Notes: generated by a model from the sequence alone, not told the origin. DNA of 64,000 nucleotides from Eggerthellaceae bacterium (GCA_963631865.1 CAVGTO010000002.1:7054-71053), one strand, 5' to 3'; shown: positions 26,724 to 35,452, counted from the stretch's first letter. Program-made: numbers and translations.

Positions 26724-27452
26724 TTACATGCCGCAGCCACCGCAGCAAGCGCCGGCAGCAGCCTCGCAGCAACCGCCGCAGAGGGGGAAGATGTGGCAAG
26801 CGTAGCCGAGGACTACGAGGGCGAAGCCGACGCAGACGATGGTAGCGTACCAAACGGCGACAGTCTTCCAACGAGAGAGCCAAATCTCATTGTTCCAACC
26901 GAGGGTCTGAAGCATGCTCCAGAAACCGTGGGTGAGGTGGAACCAGATGGCGACGATCCAAACGACGTAGCCGATAGCAACGGGCCACTGGCCGAGGTAG
27001 TAAGCCACCCAAGCAGCACCATCAGCAGCACCGATGGGGTACTGAACCCCAGCGAGCTCAGCGAGCATCATGTGGCTCCAGAAATGGTAGAGGTGGAGAG
27101 CTATGCCGAGGACGACGATGATGCCGAGGACGAGCATGTTCTGGCTGGACCACTCGACGCCCTTGGGAGCGTCGACTACGGCGTAGCGGTCGTTGCCACG
27201 CGCGCGGCGGTTCTGGACCGTGAGGATGAAAGCGTAAACGATGTGGATGAGGAAACCTACGGCGAGGACGGCGGTGCCGGCGAGGGCATACCAGTTGGTG
27301 CCGAGGAACTCACATACGGCGTTGTAAGCCGATGCGGAGAATGCAGCCACAAGGTTCATGCTCATATGGAAGAGAAGGAAGAGCACGAGCAGGATGCCCG
27401 AGACGCTCATAATCAACTTCTTTCCAATGGACGATTGGAAGATACAGCTCAT
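26724..27452 (-). CDS. frdC: Fumarate reductase / succinate dehydrogenase cytochrome b subunit, with an unusual Cys-rich C-terminal tail
   Basis: 242 aa, five hydrophobic helices, His-containing 'LFLLFHMSMN' and 'ALHLYHFWSH'. First gene of a CAB-order operon. The tail is 'LCGGCCEAAAGACCGGCGM'. Confidence 0.85.
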   Translation of the reverse strand: MSCIFQSSIGKKLIMSVSGILLVLFLLFHMSMNLVAAFSASAYNAVCEFLGTNWYALAGTAVLAVGFLIHIVYAFILTVQNRRARGNDRYAVVDAPKGVEWSSQNMLVLGIIVVLGIALHLYHFWSHMMLAELAGVQYPIGAADGAAWVAYYLGQWPVAIGYVVWIVAIWFHLTHGFWSMLQTLGWNNEIWLSRWKTVAVWYATIVCVGFALVVLGYACHIFPLCGGCCEAAAGACCGGCGM

Positions 27453-27537
27453 AAATGATTGTTTGTAATTATGTAATATTTATAGGTTTGCTTTTGAAAG
27501 GAGGCGTGGCTGAGCACGTCCGTAGGATTTTTACACA

Positions 27538-27545
27538 CAAAAGTA
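27538..27545 (-). promoter_or_regulatory. Candidate -7 box TACTTTTG upstream of frdC
   Basis: The reverse complement of caaaagta matches TAnnTTTG, about 86 nt upstream of the frdC ATG. No clear -33. Confidence 0.3.
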
Positions 27546-27610
27546 AAATAAGGTTGTGAAAGGCGGGAATGAATTAAAGAAAAATTTCTTTATTTAAAGT
27601 TAGTCTAATG

Positions 27611-27696
27611 CAGAGCACGGTCCGCAGTGCGCAATACAGTGCTCAGTTCACAGTTAGCAGTTCACAGTTAGCAGTTGGCAATTGGCAGTTGGCAAT
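27611..27696 (+). repeat. Long heptamer array, about 12 units of CAGTTNN
   Basis: cagagca cggtccg cagtgcg caataca gtgctca gttcaca gttagca gttcaca gttagca gttggca attggca gttggca. Confidence 0.85.
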
Positions 27697-27801
27697 ATCT
27701 CCTGTCGTAGTCGTCGGTTATTAAACATAGACTTTAACCGCAGATTTTTTTTGGGGGGGAGCAACAGTGAATTGAGCTCTATGAACTGCAAACTGATAGA
27801 A

Positions 27802-27889
27802 GTTTGCCTATGTTTTAGGACAAATCGTGGCTCGTTTGCCTATGTTTTGTGACAAAAACGGAGCGATTTTGCCTATGTTTTGTGACAAA
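27802..27889 (+). repeat. Three direct repeats of a 23-bp unit (period 32-33 bp) upstream of the AAA ATPase gene
   Basis: gtttgcctatgttttaggacaaa (27802-27824), gtttgcctatgttttgtgacaaa (27834-27856) and ttttgcctatgttttgtgacaaa (27867-27889). Units 2 and 3 contain the palindrome TTGTgACAA; unit 1 has a degenerate version (taggacaa). Confidence 0.85.
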
Positions 27890-27893
27890 CAGC

Positions 27894-27901
27894 TATATTT
27901 G
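27894..27901 (+). promoter_or_regulatory. Candidate -7 box TATATTTG, with TTTG at 27868-27871 as the -33
   Basis: Exact TAnnTTTG match 27 nt before the ATG at 27928. The -33-like TTTG lies inside the third direct repeat, with a 22-nt spacer. Confidence 0.45.
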
Positions 27902-27927
27902 TGCCGCTTCAAAAAGCTGATATTCAG

Positions 27928-29271
27928 ATGATAGAAAGGCAGATAATAAACGAACTACGCCAATGGGCCGTAAAGGAAGGCAGGAAACCCCTTGTCCTAC
28001 GCGGAGCTAGGCAGGTCGGGAAGACCACCCTCGTGGACCAATTTGGCAAAGAATTCGACACCTACATAAAACTCAACCTTGAGCTCAGCGCAGACTCGGC
28101 AATCTTCGTCAAGACAGACGACGTGTCGCTGATAATGGACTACATCTCCGCCCGCGAGAAAATTATCCTATCTCCAGAAAAACGCACCCTCCTCTTCATA
28201 GATGAGATACAGAACGAGCCTCGTGCCGTGGCCCTCTTGCGCTACTTCTACGAAAAGATGCCTTGGCTCCACGTGATAGCCGCGGGCTCACGCCTGCAGA
28301 CCCTCATCAAGCAAAAAGTCTCCTTCCCAGTCGGCCGTGTCGAGTATCTGGCCCTCAGACCGTGCTCATTTACAGAATACCTCGACGCCATGGGCGAGGC
28401 GAGACTCAAAGACATGGTATGCAGTGCGGACGTCAGCCCGATATTCCACGAAATGCTGATGTCCTACTTCAACCGCTACGCCCTCGTTGGCGGCATGCCA
28501 GAGGCCTTGGCGGACTATTCCATCCACAAAGATGTTGCCCGCCTCGCCCCAATATATCGTTCCCTCCTCGACGGATATAATGAGGATATAGAAAAATATG
28601 CCATAACGGACAACCAAGCGCGAGTAATCCGCCATCTGCTCACGCACGGATGGGCCGAAGCGGGGCAAACCATCACTTTCAACCGCTTCGGAGGCAGCAA
28701 CTACACCAGCCGCGAAGTTCACGAAGCACTGGAAGTCATGCAGAAAGCTTTCCTCCTCAACCTCGACTACCCCGTATGCGCCACCAAGGCTCCGGCTCAA
28801 CCCGCCATAAACCGCTCGCCCAAACTCATCTGGGTGGACACTGGCCTCATGAACTTCTCTGTAGACATCCAAACAGAGTATCTCCAAAATACGTCACTCC
28901 TCGACATCTGGAAAGGGCACGCAGCCGAACAGATTGTGGCTCAAGAACTCCGCATAGTTCTCGACCGTAACTACCGCAACGAGCAATACTTCTGGGTGCG
29001 CGACAAGAACGGTTCAAGCGCCGAAGTGGACTTCGTATGGCAACACAGCACGAAAATCATCCCCATCGAGGTCAAATCTGGAGCCAATGCGCACCTTCGT
29101 TCGCTCCACTCCTTCATGTCTCTCCCCGACGCGCCCGACATAGGCATCCGAATCTGGCCCAGCGAGTTCCGGACCGACGACCTCACAACAACATCCGGCC
29201 ACTCCTTCCGCCTCCTCTCCCTACCATTCTACCTCGTTGGGCAGATAGACAAAATTGTAGCAAGGCAATAA
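27928..29271 (+). CDS. AAA+ ATPase with a DUF4143-type C-terminal domain
   Basis: Walker A 'GARQVGKTT', Walker B-like 'LLFIDEIQ', and C-terminal 'EVDFVWQHSTKIIPIEVKSG'. The ORF-track start at 27901 is a GTG inside the promoter box, so the ATG at 27928 is preferred. Confidence 0.8.
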   Translation: MIERQIINELRQWAVKEGRKPLVLRGARQVGKTTLVDQFGKEFDTYIKLNLELSADSAIFVKTDDVSLIMDYISAREKIILSPEKRTLLFIDEIQNEPRAVALLRYFYEKMPWLHVIAAGSRLQTLIKQKVSFPVGRVEYLALRPCSFTEYLDAMGEARLKDMVCSADVSPIFHEMLMSYFNRYALVGGMPEALADYSIHKDVARLAPIYRSLLDGYNEDIEKYAITDNQARVIRHLLTHGWAEAGQTITFNRFGGSNYTSREVHEALEVMQKAFLLNLDYPVCATKAPAQPAINRSPKLIWVDTGLMNFSVDIQTEYLQNTSLLDIWKGHAAEQIVAQELRIVLDRNYRNEQYFWVRDKNGSSAEVDFVWQHSTKIIPIEVKSGANAHLRSLHSFMSLPDAPDIGIRIWPSEFRTDDLTTTSGHSFRLLSLPFYLVGQIDKIVARQ

Positions 29272-29287
29272 GACGGAAAAAAGAGGC

Positions 29288-29295
29288 TATATTTG
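29288..29295 (+). promoter_or_regulatory. Candidate -7 box TATATTTG for the FKBP gene
   Basis: Exact TAnnTTTG match 25 nt before the ATG at 29320. The ORF-track start at 29293 is a TTG inside this box. Confidence 0.4.
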
Positions 29296-29319
29296 CATAA
29301 AAAGAAAACAAGGATCCCA

Positions 29320-29727
29320 ATGACCCGCAAAGAATACATCAAGGCCAACCACCAGTGGCTCGCCGACAAAGCCAAGGAGGAAGGCGTCTCCAAACTCGCG
29401 CCCGGCACCTACTACAAGGTCCTCGCCACGGGCGACGTCTCTCGACCATCCCCCAACGCAGCCAGCATCGTCACCGTCCACTATACCGGCCGGACCATAG
29501 ACGGCAACGTCTTCGACGACAGCCGCGCAACCCCCGACGCACCTCCCGTGGCGCTCCGCCTCCGCGAACTCATCGACGGTTGGCAAGACGCCCTCGTCCA
29601 GATGCACCCGGGCGATAAGTGGGAACTCTACCTCGCCGCCGAGGCCGCATATGGCGACGCCTCGCTCCCCGGAATCCGCGGCGGCTCGACTCTAATCTTC
29701 GAGATCGAGCTCTGCGGAATAGCCTAA
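29320..29727 (+). CDS. FKBP-type peptidyl-prolyl cis-trans isomerase
   Basis: 'VTVHYTGRTIDGNVFDDS', 'LIDGWQDALVQMHPGDKWELYL' and 'GGSTLIFEIEL' are classical FKBP motifs. Confidence 0.85.
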   Translation: MTRKEYIKANHQWLADKAKEEGVSKLAPGTYYKVLATGDVSRPSPNAASIVTVHYTGRTIDGNVFDDSRATPDAPPVALRLRELIDGWQDALVQMHPGDKWELYLAAEAAYGDASLPGIRGGSTLIFEIELCGIA

Positions 29728-29728
29728 C

Positions 29729-29770
29729 CAGTTAACAGTGCACAGTTCGCAGTGCTCAGTGCACAGTTTA
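29729..29770 (+). repeat. (CAGTNNN)x6 heptamer array starting 2 nt after the FKBP stop
   Basis: cagttaa cagtgca cagttcg cagtgct cagtgca cagttta. Confidence 0.85.
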
Positions 29771-29885
29771 TGCAGCTTTCAGGTGGCTTATTTCCCATCA
29801 CGAAAGTTTTTAATGCTTTGCTTCGTAGGACTGCGTCAACTTTATTGGAATTCACTTCCGAAACTTCAATCACACAAGATATAGG

Positions 29886-30602
29886 ATGAACATAGCGCTT
29901 CTCATTGCAGGAGGTTCGGGCAACCGCATGGGACAAGACATTCCCAAGCAATTCATGCACGTGGACGACTGCCCGATCATCATCCACACAATGCTCTGCT
30001 TCCAGCGCCACCCCGACGTGGACGCCATTGCCGTGGTCTGCCTCAAGGGATGGGAGACCGTCTTGCAATCCTACGCCAACCAGTTCAACGTCACCAAACT
30101 CAAGTGGATCTTCCCCGGCGGCTCATGCGGACAGGAGAGCATCCACAACGGCATCTACGGTCTCCACGAAGCCGGGTGCGAAGACACGGACATAGTAATG
30201 GTACACGACGGCGTGCGCCCCCTACTCGAACAAGAAGTAATCTCTAACAACATAGCCACCTACAAGGCCTACGGCAACGCCATAACCAGCATCGTCTGCC
30301 GCGAAGCCATCCTCGAGAGTGAGGACGGACTCTCGTCAGAGGTCAGCATCCCGCGCGATAAGCTCATCCGCACCCAGACGCCGCAAACATTCTCGCTCGG
30401 CGACATGCTCCGCCTACATGAGGAAGCTCAGCGCCGCGGCATCCTAAACTCCGTCTCCACCTGCACCCTCGTGGCCGAGCTCAAGTTCTGCACCCTCTAC
30501 ATCGCCCCGGGCTCCGAGAAGAACATCAAGGTGACCACCACCGAGGACATCGAGATCCTCAAAGCCCTCATGCACACCAAGAAAGACTCATGGCTGAAGT
30601 AA
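29886..30602 (+). CDS. IspD/TarI-family cytidylyltransferase (probable CDP-alditol synthase)
   Basis: 'LLIAGGSGNRMG...PKQF', 'VMVHDGVRPL', 'RTQTPQTF'. Confidence 0.8.
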   Translation: MNIALLIAGGSGNRMGQDIPKQFMHVDDCPIIIHTMLCFQRHPDVDAIAVVCLKGWETVLQSYANQFNVTKLKWIFPGGSCGQESIHNGIYGLHEAGCEDTDIVMVHDGVRPLLEQEVISNNIATYKAYGNAITSIVCREAILESEDGLSSEVSIPRDKLIRTQTPQTFSLGDMLRLHEEAQRRGILNSVSTCTLVAELKFCTLYIAPGSEKNIKVTTTEDIEILKALMHTKKDSWLK

Positions 30603-31567
30603 AAAGGCGAATCCTCGTGACCGGCGCCACGGGCCTCATCGGCTCCAGCATAGCCGAGCAACTCCTCGCCGCCGGCGACAGCGAAGTCTACGCCGCCGGA
30701 CGAGACGAGAGCCACGCCCGAGAACGGTTTACCGACTCATGGGAGAACCCTCTCTTCCATTTCGTGAAATATGACGTCCGCACGCCCCTCGACTCCGACA
30801 TACTCTTCGACTACATCATCCACTGCGCCAGTGAAGCCTGCCCCGCAGCCTTCGCCACCGACCCCGTGGGCGTCATGATGGCCAACATCGACGGCCTCCG
30901 CCTCCTCCTGGAATACGGCCGCACGCACGCCATGCGCCGCCTTGTCTACGTCTCCAGCGGCGAAGTATATGGCGAGCCGACAGCCAAGGGCGCGGACACG
31001 GTATGGAAAGAGGACGAGAGCGGATACGTGGACCCCATGACCCCCCGCTCATGCTACCCCTCCGCCAAGCGAGCCTCCGAGACCCTCTGCGCCGCCTACG
31101 CCGCACAGTTCGGCACGGACGTGGTTGTGGCCCGCCCATGCCACACCTATGGCCCAAACTTCTCGCCCCGCGACAACCGCGCCTTCGTACAATTCCTCCT
31201 CAAGGCCACCGCCGGCGAGGACATTGTGCTCAAGAGCCGCGGCGAGCAATTCCGCTCATGGCTCTACGTCGAGGACTGCGCCCGCGCCATCCTCACCATC
31301 ATGGAGAAAGGCAAGAGCGGCGAGGCATATAACGTGGCCGACGAGACTCAATGCGTCTCCATCCGCGACTTCGCACAGTCCATTGCCGACATCTGCGGCG
31401 TAAGCCTGACATTCGACCTCCCCACGGCCAACGAGGCCAAAGGCTTCTCCAGCGTCAGCCGCACCGTATACTGCACCGACAAACTCCGCGCCCTCGGCTG
31501 GGCACCTCAATACACCCTCGCCACGGGTCTCGCGGCAACCATCAGCAAGATAAAAAGCTCAAAATGA
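30590..31567 (+). CDS. Extended SDR (NAD-dependent epimerase/dehydratase/reductase family)
   Basis: 'ILVTGATGLIGSS' (GxxGxxG) and 'YPSAKRASE' (YxxxK). Overlaps the upstream gene by 13 nt. Confidence 0.8.
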   Translation: MAEVKRRILVTGATGLIGSSIAEQLLAAGDSEVYAAGRDESHARERFTDSWENPLFHFVKYDVRTPLDSDILFDYIIHCASEACPAAFATDPVGVMMANIDGLRLLLEYGRTHAMRRLVYVSSGEVYGEPTAKGADTVWKEDESGYVDPMTPRSCYPSAKRASETLCAAYAAQFGTDVVVARPCHTYGPNFSPRDNRAFVQFLLKATAGEDIVLKSRGEQFRSWLYVEDCARAILTIMEKGKSGEAYNVADETQCVSIRDFAQSIADICGVSLTFDLPTANEAKGFSSVSRTVYCTDKLRALGWAPQYTLATGLAATISKIKSSK

Positions 31568-32406
31568 GAGAACTGACGCTCAAAGAGTTGCAACACCGAA
31601 GCCTCGAAATCCTCCTGGATATCCACGACTTCTGCGTGCAGAACAACATACGCTACACCCTCACGGGCGGCACCCTCCTCGGCGCCATCCGCCACAAGGG
31701 TTTCATCCCATGGGACGACGACATCGACATCGACATGCCGCGTGAGGACTACGAGCGTTTCTTCAGCACCTACAAGAGCGACAAATATACACTCATCTCC
31801 ACCAGCCTCGGCAACAGCTACATGTTCTACGGCCGCGTGGTGGACCATGAGAAAACTTGCGCCAAATCCTGGCGCCCCATAGGCACAACCGACGACATCG
31901 GCGTGTGGATAGACATCTTCCCCCTCGACCACGTCCCCGACTCCGATGCCGACTTCGCCACAGCCGCCGCAGAGATGCGCAAGTTCCACGAGCTCGCCCA
32001 CAGCAAACGCTTCGCCATGGGCCACTTCGCGGACTACAGCCTCCGCCACCCCGGCAGTCACCTCCAACTGGCGTGGGCCAAGCTCACCACGGCAAATAAG
32101 GACATGCTGGACATCGTAAGGCGTGCCACGGACTTCTGCCGCAACCCCGAATGGGCCTCTTCGCATCACATTGGCGTCATAAGCTGCATAGTAAACCTGG
32201 GGAAAGAGCACATCCCCGTCGAGGCCTTCAGCGAATATATCGATGTGGATTTCGAGGGCCATAAGCTCAAGGCCATAAAAGGCTACGACACCCTACTCAC
32301 CAAATATTACGGCGACTACATGACTCCCCCGCCTCCCGAGAAACGCGTTCCCTGCCACTCCGACCACCATTTCTATTGGCGCGAGGGCTTTGAGCCAAAA
32401 GAGTAA
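31564..32406 (+). CDS. LicD-family phosphotransferase
   Basis: 'GGTLLGAIRHKGFIPWDDDIDIDMPREDY' is the LicD signature. The ATG at 31564 overlaps the SDR stop (ATGA). The upstream part of ORF 31351.. is out-of-context read-through. Confidence 0.8.
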   Translation: MRELTLKELQHRSLEILLDIHDFCVQNNIRYTLTGGTLLGAIRHKGFIPWDDDIDIDMPREDYERFFSTYKSDKYTLISTSLGNSYMFYGRVVDHEKTCAKSWRPIGTTDDIGVWIDIFPLDHVPDSDADFATAAAEMRKFHELAHSKRFAMGHFADYSLRHPGSHLQLAWAKLTTANKDMLDIVRRATDFCRNPEWASSHHIGVISCIVNLGKEHIPVEAFSEYIDVDFEGHKLKAIKGYDTLLTKYYGDYMTPPPPEKRVPCHSDHHFYWREGFEPKE

Positions 32407-33856
32407 CAAGTTTGTGGGCAGCATAAAGGAAGACACTGCGCGCGGCGTCAAGTGGAGCCTCGTGGAGCGCGTGGCCGTCCAGGGCATTCAGTTCGTCCTG
32501 GGCTTCATCCTCGCGCGCCTGCTCTCGCCGTCGGATTATGGCGTGGTGGGCATGATGGCCGTCTTCATTGCCATCTCCGAGAATATCGTGGACAGCGGTT
32601 TCTCCAAGGCGCTCATCCGCAAGTTGGATCGCACGGAGACGGACTTCTCCACGGCGTTCTACTTCAACATCGTCGTTGGCCTTGTCTGCTATGGCATACT
32701 TTTCTTCGCGTCACCCGCCATAGCCTCGTTTTTCAATACGCCAGTGCTCGAAGACCTCGCCAAGGTCATGGCTCTGAGCCTCTTCGTAAACTCACTGTCC
32801 GTTGTTCAGGTGGCACGGCTCACCATAGCAGTCGATTTTAAGAGTCAGGCTAAGGCCTCGGCATCGGCGGCTCTCGTGTCCGGATTTGTGGGCGTCGGGA
32901 TGGCATACGCCGGTTGGGGAGTGTGGGCATTGGCTTGGCAGAGCGTAGCCAAGTCGGTTATCAACACCGTGGTGATATGGGTTGTGGCACGTTGGCGACC
33001 AAGGGCGCATTTCTCTTGGCAATCTTTCCGAAACCTCTTCGGCTACGGCAGTAAACTCCTCGCCGCCTCTATCATCAATACCATCCACGGGCAACTGACA
33101 ACCCTCGCCATAGGCAAATTCTACACGCCCTCCGACCTCGGCAACTACACCCGAGGCCAGCAGTTCGCCACCCTGCCCAACTATCAGATTGTCTCCGTTC
33201 TCCAGCGCGTCACGTTCCCAATCCTCGCCCGCTTGCAGGACGACCGCCCCGCACTCATCGGAGCCTACCGCAAATATATCCGCACGTCGTCCCTGGCCAT
33301 CATGTTCCTGACGCTCATCCTCGTAGCCCTCGCGCGCCCCGTGGTGATGCTCTTGCTGACGGAGAAATGGGTGGGCGCCGTGCCATATCTGCAGGTCTTC
33401 GCCTTCGCCATAATGTTCGACCACGTAAACCAGATAAACATGAACCTGCTCCAGATAAGCGGGCGGACGGACGTATATCTGCGGACGGAGGTTATTAAGA
33501 AAGTCATATCGTTCCTGATGCTCGTGGCCGCCATACCTTTCGGCGTCATGGCCATATGCGTCTCGCGCGTGGCATATTGCCAAGTTGCCGTGGCCATCAA
33601 TACCAATGTCACCGGCCGATATTACGGACTCGGCTACCGGGAGCAACTGTCGGACATCCTGCCATATCTCATTATGTCCGCCCTTTGCTGCGCACCGGCC
33701 TTCGCGCTTAGTGAGTTTTGCGACATCTGGATTTTGGATATCGCCGTGGGCGGACTGGTGGCCGTCATATCGCTCGTCCTCACGCTCCACGTCCGTCGGG
33801 ACTCGGTATACGTGGAGTTCATAGAGCCATACGTCAAAAAGATTTTTCGCAAATGA
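32390..33856 (+). CDS. Wzx-type polysaccharide/oligosaccharide flippase (MOP superfamily)
   Basis: About 12 predicted TM helices and an N-terminal 'GVKWSLVERVAVQGIQFVLGFILARLLSPSDYG'. The start is uncertain (TTG 32390 or GTG 32414). Confidence 0.75.
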   Translation: MSQKSNKFVGSIKEDTARGVKWSLVERVAVQGIQFVLGFILARLLSPSDYGVVGMMAVFIAISENIVDSGFSKALIRKLDRTETDFSTAFYFNIVVGLVCYGILFFASPAIASFFNTPVLEDLAKVMALSLFVNSLSVVQVARLTIAVDFKSQAKASASAALVSGFVGVGMAYAGWGVWALAWQSVAKSVINTVVIWVVARWRPRAHFSWQSFRNLFGYGSKLLAASIINTIHGQLTTLAIGKFYTPSDLGNYTRGQQFATLPNYQIVSVLQRVTFPILARLQDDRPALIGAYRKYIRTSSLAIMFLTLILVALARPVVMLLLTEKWVGAVPYLQVFAFAIMFDHVNQINMNLLQISGRTDVYLRTEVIKKVISFLMLVAAIPFGVMAICVSRVAYCQVAVAINTNVTGRYYGLGYREQLSDILPYLIMSALCCAPAFALSEFCDIWILDIAVGGLVAVISLVLTLHVRRDSVYVEFIEPYVKKIFRK

Positions 33857-35106
33857 GCCTACCCGTCAGTCTTCTCAGCCACTTTACGGACAATAAGATA
33901 ACACGAGCCATAAGCCACGCCATAGGCTACCGCCGTTACCAAAGAACGCATGACGAGGCGGCACTTACCGATGCCCTTCGCACAAAAAAGGAGATTCGCG
34001 TGGCCTTCCTCCTCGGCAGCCTCACGGCATGGAAGACGGAGAACCTCTACCTCGCCATGGTAGAGAACCCGCGCTTCACCCCCCTCATTGCCATAACGCC
34101 CAGCCTTGATGCCGAGGATGCAGACGGGCTGCGCCAATATCTGCGTGGCAAGGGATACCCCTTTGTCGAATTGGGCTTTGGGGACAAGGGAGTGTGGCGT
34201 TCGCTGGCAGCGGATATCATTCTCTATCAGAAACCCTACTCTTACTTCGTAGAGCGCGGATGCTTCGCCTATTGGCGGAACGCGGATAAACTCTCGGCCT
34301 ACGTGCCATACGCTTTCAACACGGCCATAGCCAGCTGGAGCCTCGACTCCCCACTCTTCCGCGACGCATGGAAAGTGTTCTTCGAGAACTCGATGTGCGC
34401 AAGTGAGGCAGCCAAGGCAATGCGCAACGGCGGCAGCAACATCGCCATTACCGGCATGCCTATCCAAGACCAGCTCATGACTCCCGCCGCCGAACTCCCT
34501 GACCCGTGGAAGCCTATGCCCCACCCCGCCAAACGCATCATCTACGCGCCCCACCACAGCATAGAGGACGACGGCGGCCTCAACTTCTCGACCTTCCTAA
34601 CCCTCGGAGAACCAATGCTCCGCATGGCCCACAAATACGCCGACCGCGTGCAATTCGCCTTCAAGCCCCACCCGCTCCTCAGCGCAAAGTTGGAAAAGCT
34701 GTGGGGTGCAGAGCGCACCGACGCATATTACCGCGAATGGGAGACCTTGCCCAACAGCCAGTTCGAGAACGGCAAATACGACGGCCTCTTTGCCCACTCC
34801 GACGCCATGATACATGACTGCAGCTCCTTCACCATAGAGTATCACTACACCCGCCGCCCGGCGCTCTACCTCGTCAAGGAGGGGCGCAACTCGTCCGTCT
34901 CCAACAGTTTCTACCGCATGGCCTTTGACTTGCATTACAAGGCCACGACGGAAGCCGAGATTGAGCACTTTATCGAGAGCGTAGTCCTCGGCGGCGACGA
35001 CCCCCTACGCCCCGCCCGCGACAAGTTCTACGCAGAGCAACTCGTGCCCCCGGGGAGCCGCACCGCTTGCGAAAACATTATGCTACAGTTGGCGGGAAAC
35101 AGTTAG
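33853..35106 (+). CDS. CDP-glycerol/CDP-alditol glycerophosphotransferase (TagB/TagF family)
   Basis: 'KRIIYAPHH...', 'FKPHPLL', 'DAMIHDCSSFTIEY'. The ATG at 33853 overlaps the flippase stop (ATGA). Confidence 0.75.
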   Translation: MSLPVSLLSHFTDNKITRAISHAIGYRRYQRTHDEAALTDALRTKKEIRVAFLLGSLTAWKTENLYLAMVENPRFTPLIAITPSLDAEDADGLRQYLRGKGYPFVELGFGDKGVWRSLAADIILYQKPYSYFVERGCFAYWRNADKLSAYVPYAFNTAIASWSLDSPLFRDAWKVFFENSMCASEAAKAMRNGGSNIAITGMPIQDQLMTPAAELPDPWKPMPHPAKRIIYAPHHSIEDDGGLNFSTFLTLGEPMLRMAHKYADRVQFAFKPHPLLSAKLEKLWGAERTDAYYREWETLPNSQFENGKYDGLFAHSDAMIHDCSSFTIEYHYTRRPALYLVKEGRNSSVSNSFYRMAFDLHYKATTEAEIEHFIESVVLGGDDPLRPARDKFYAEQLVPPGSRTACENIMLQLAGNS

Positions 35107-35376
35107 CTGGAATCCTTTTCAGATAACGGCACTACCCAAAAGTCAGAAATCACTACCCAAAAGAGCCAACTCACTACCCAAAAGGACGAGACCACTACCC
35201 AAAAGAGAATTATAGAGTACCTCAGAAACAATCCGAAAGCGACAAGAGTGGAAGTGGCTACGGCACTTGGCGACATCACAGAAGATGGAGTCAAATTCGT
35301 AATAAGCCAACTCCGCCAGAAAGGTCTGCTAGTGCGCATAGGCGGTCGCAAAACTGGCGAGTGGAAAGTGCTCTAA
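35107..35376 (+). pseudogene. Orphan C-terminal fragment of a Schlafen/AlbA_2-type ATP-binding regulator (TTQK repeats plus a winged helix)
   Basis: An ATG-less open frame 'GTTQKSEITTQKSQLTTQKDETTTQKRIIEYLRNNPKATRVEVATALGDITEDGVKFVISQLRQKGLLVRIGGRKTGEWKVL*'. The ORF track shows only a spurious antisense ORF (35103..35351). Confidence 0.55.
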
Positions 35377-35402
35377 TACCTTCCAAAATCGAACAAAAAT
35401 AT

Positions 35403-35452
35403 CAGTTAGTGCCGCAACTCGAATAACGAGTTGCGGCACTAACTGTCTTTTT
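35403..35452 (+). terminator. Strong Rho-independent terminator (perfect 19-bp stem)
   Basis: cagttagtgccgcaactcg-aataa-cgagttgcggcactaactg followed by tcttttt. Confidence 0.7.

Noticed and set aside
27611-27696. Whether the heptamer arrays are a CRISPR array
   Set aside because: The period is 7 bp with no unique spacers of 25-40 bp, the units are degenerate, and no cas genes are present. They are simple tandem repeats.
35103-35351. 82-aa minus-strand ORF
   Set aside because: It is the reverse frame of the TTQK-repeat/wHTH fragment, whose plus-strand translation is clearly protein-like.
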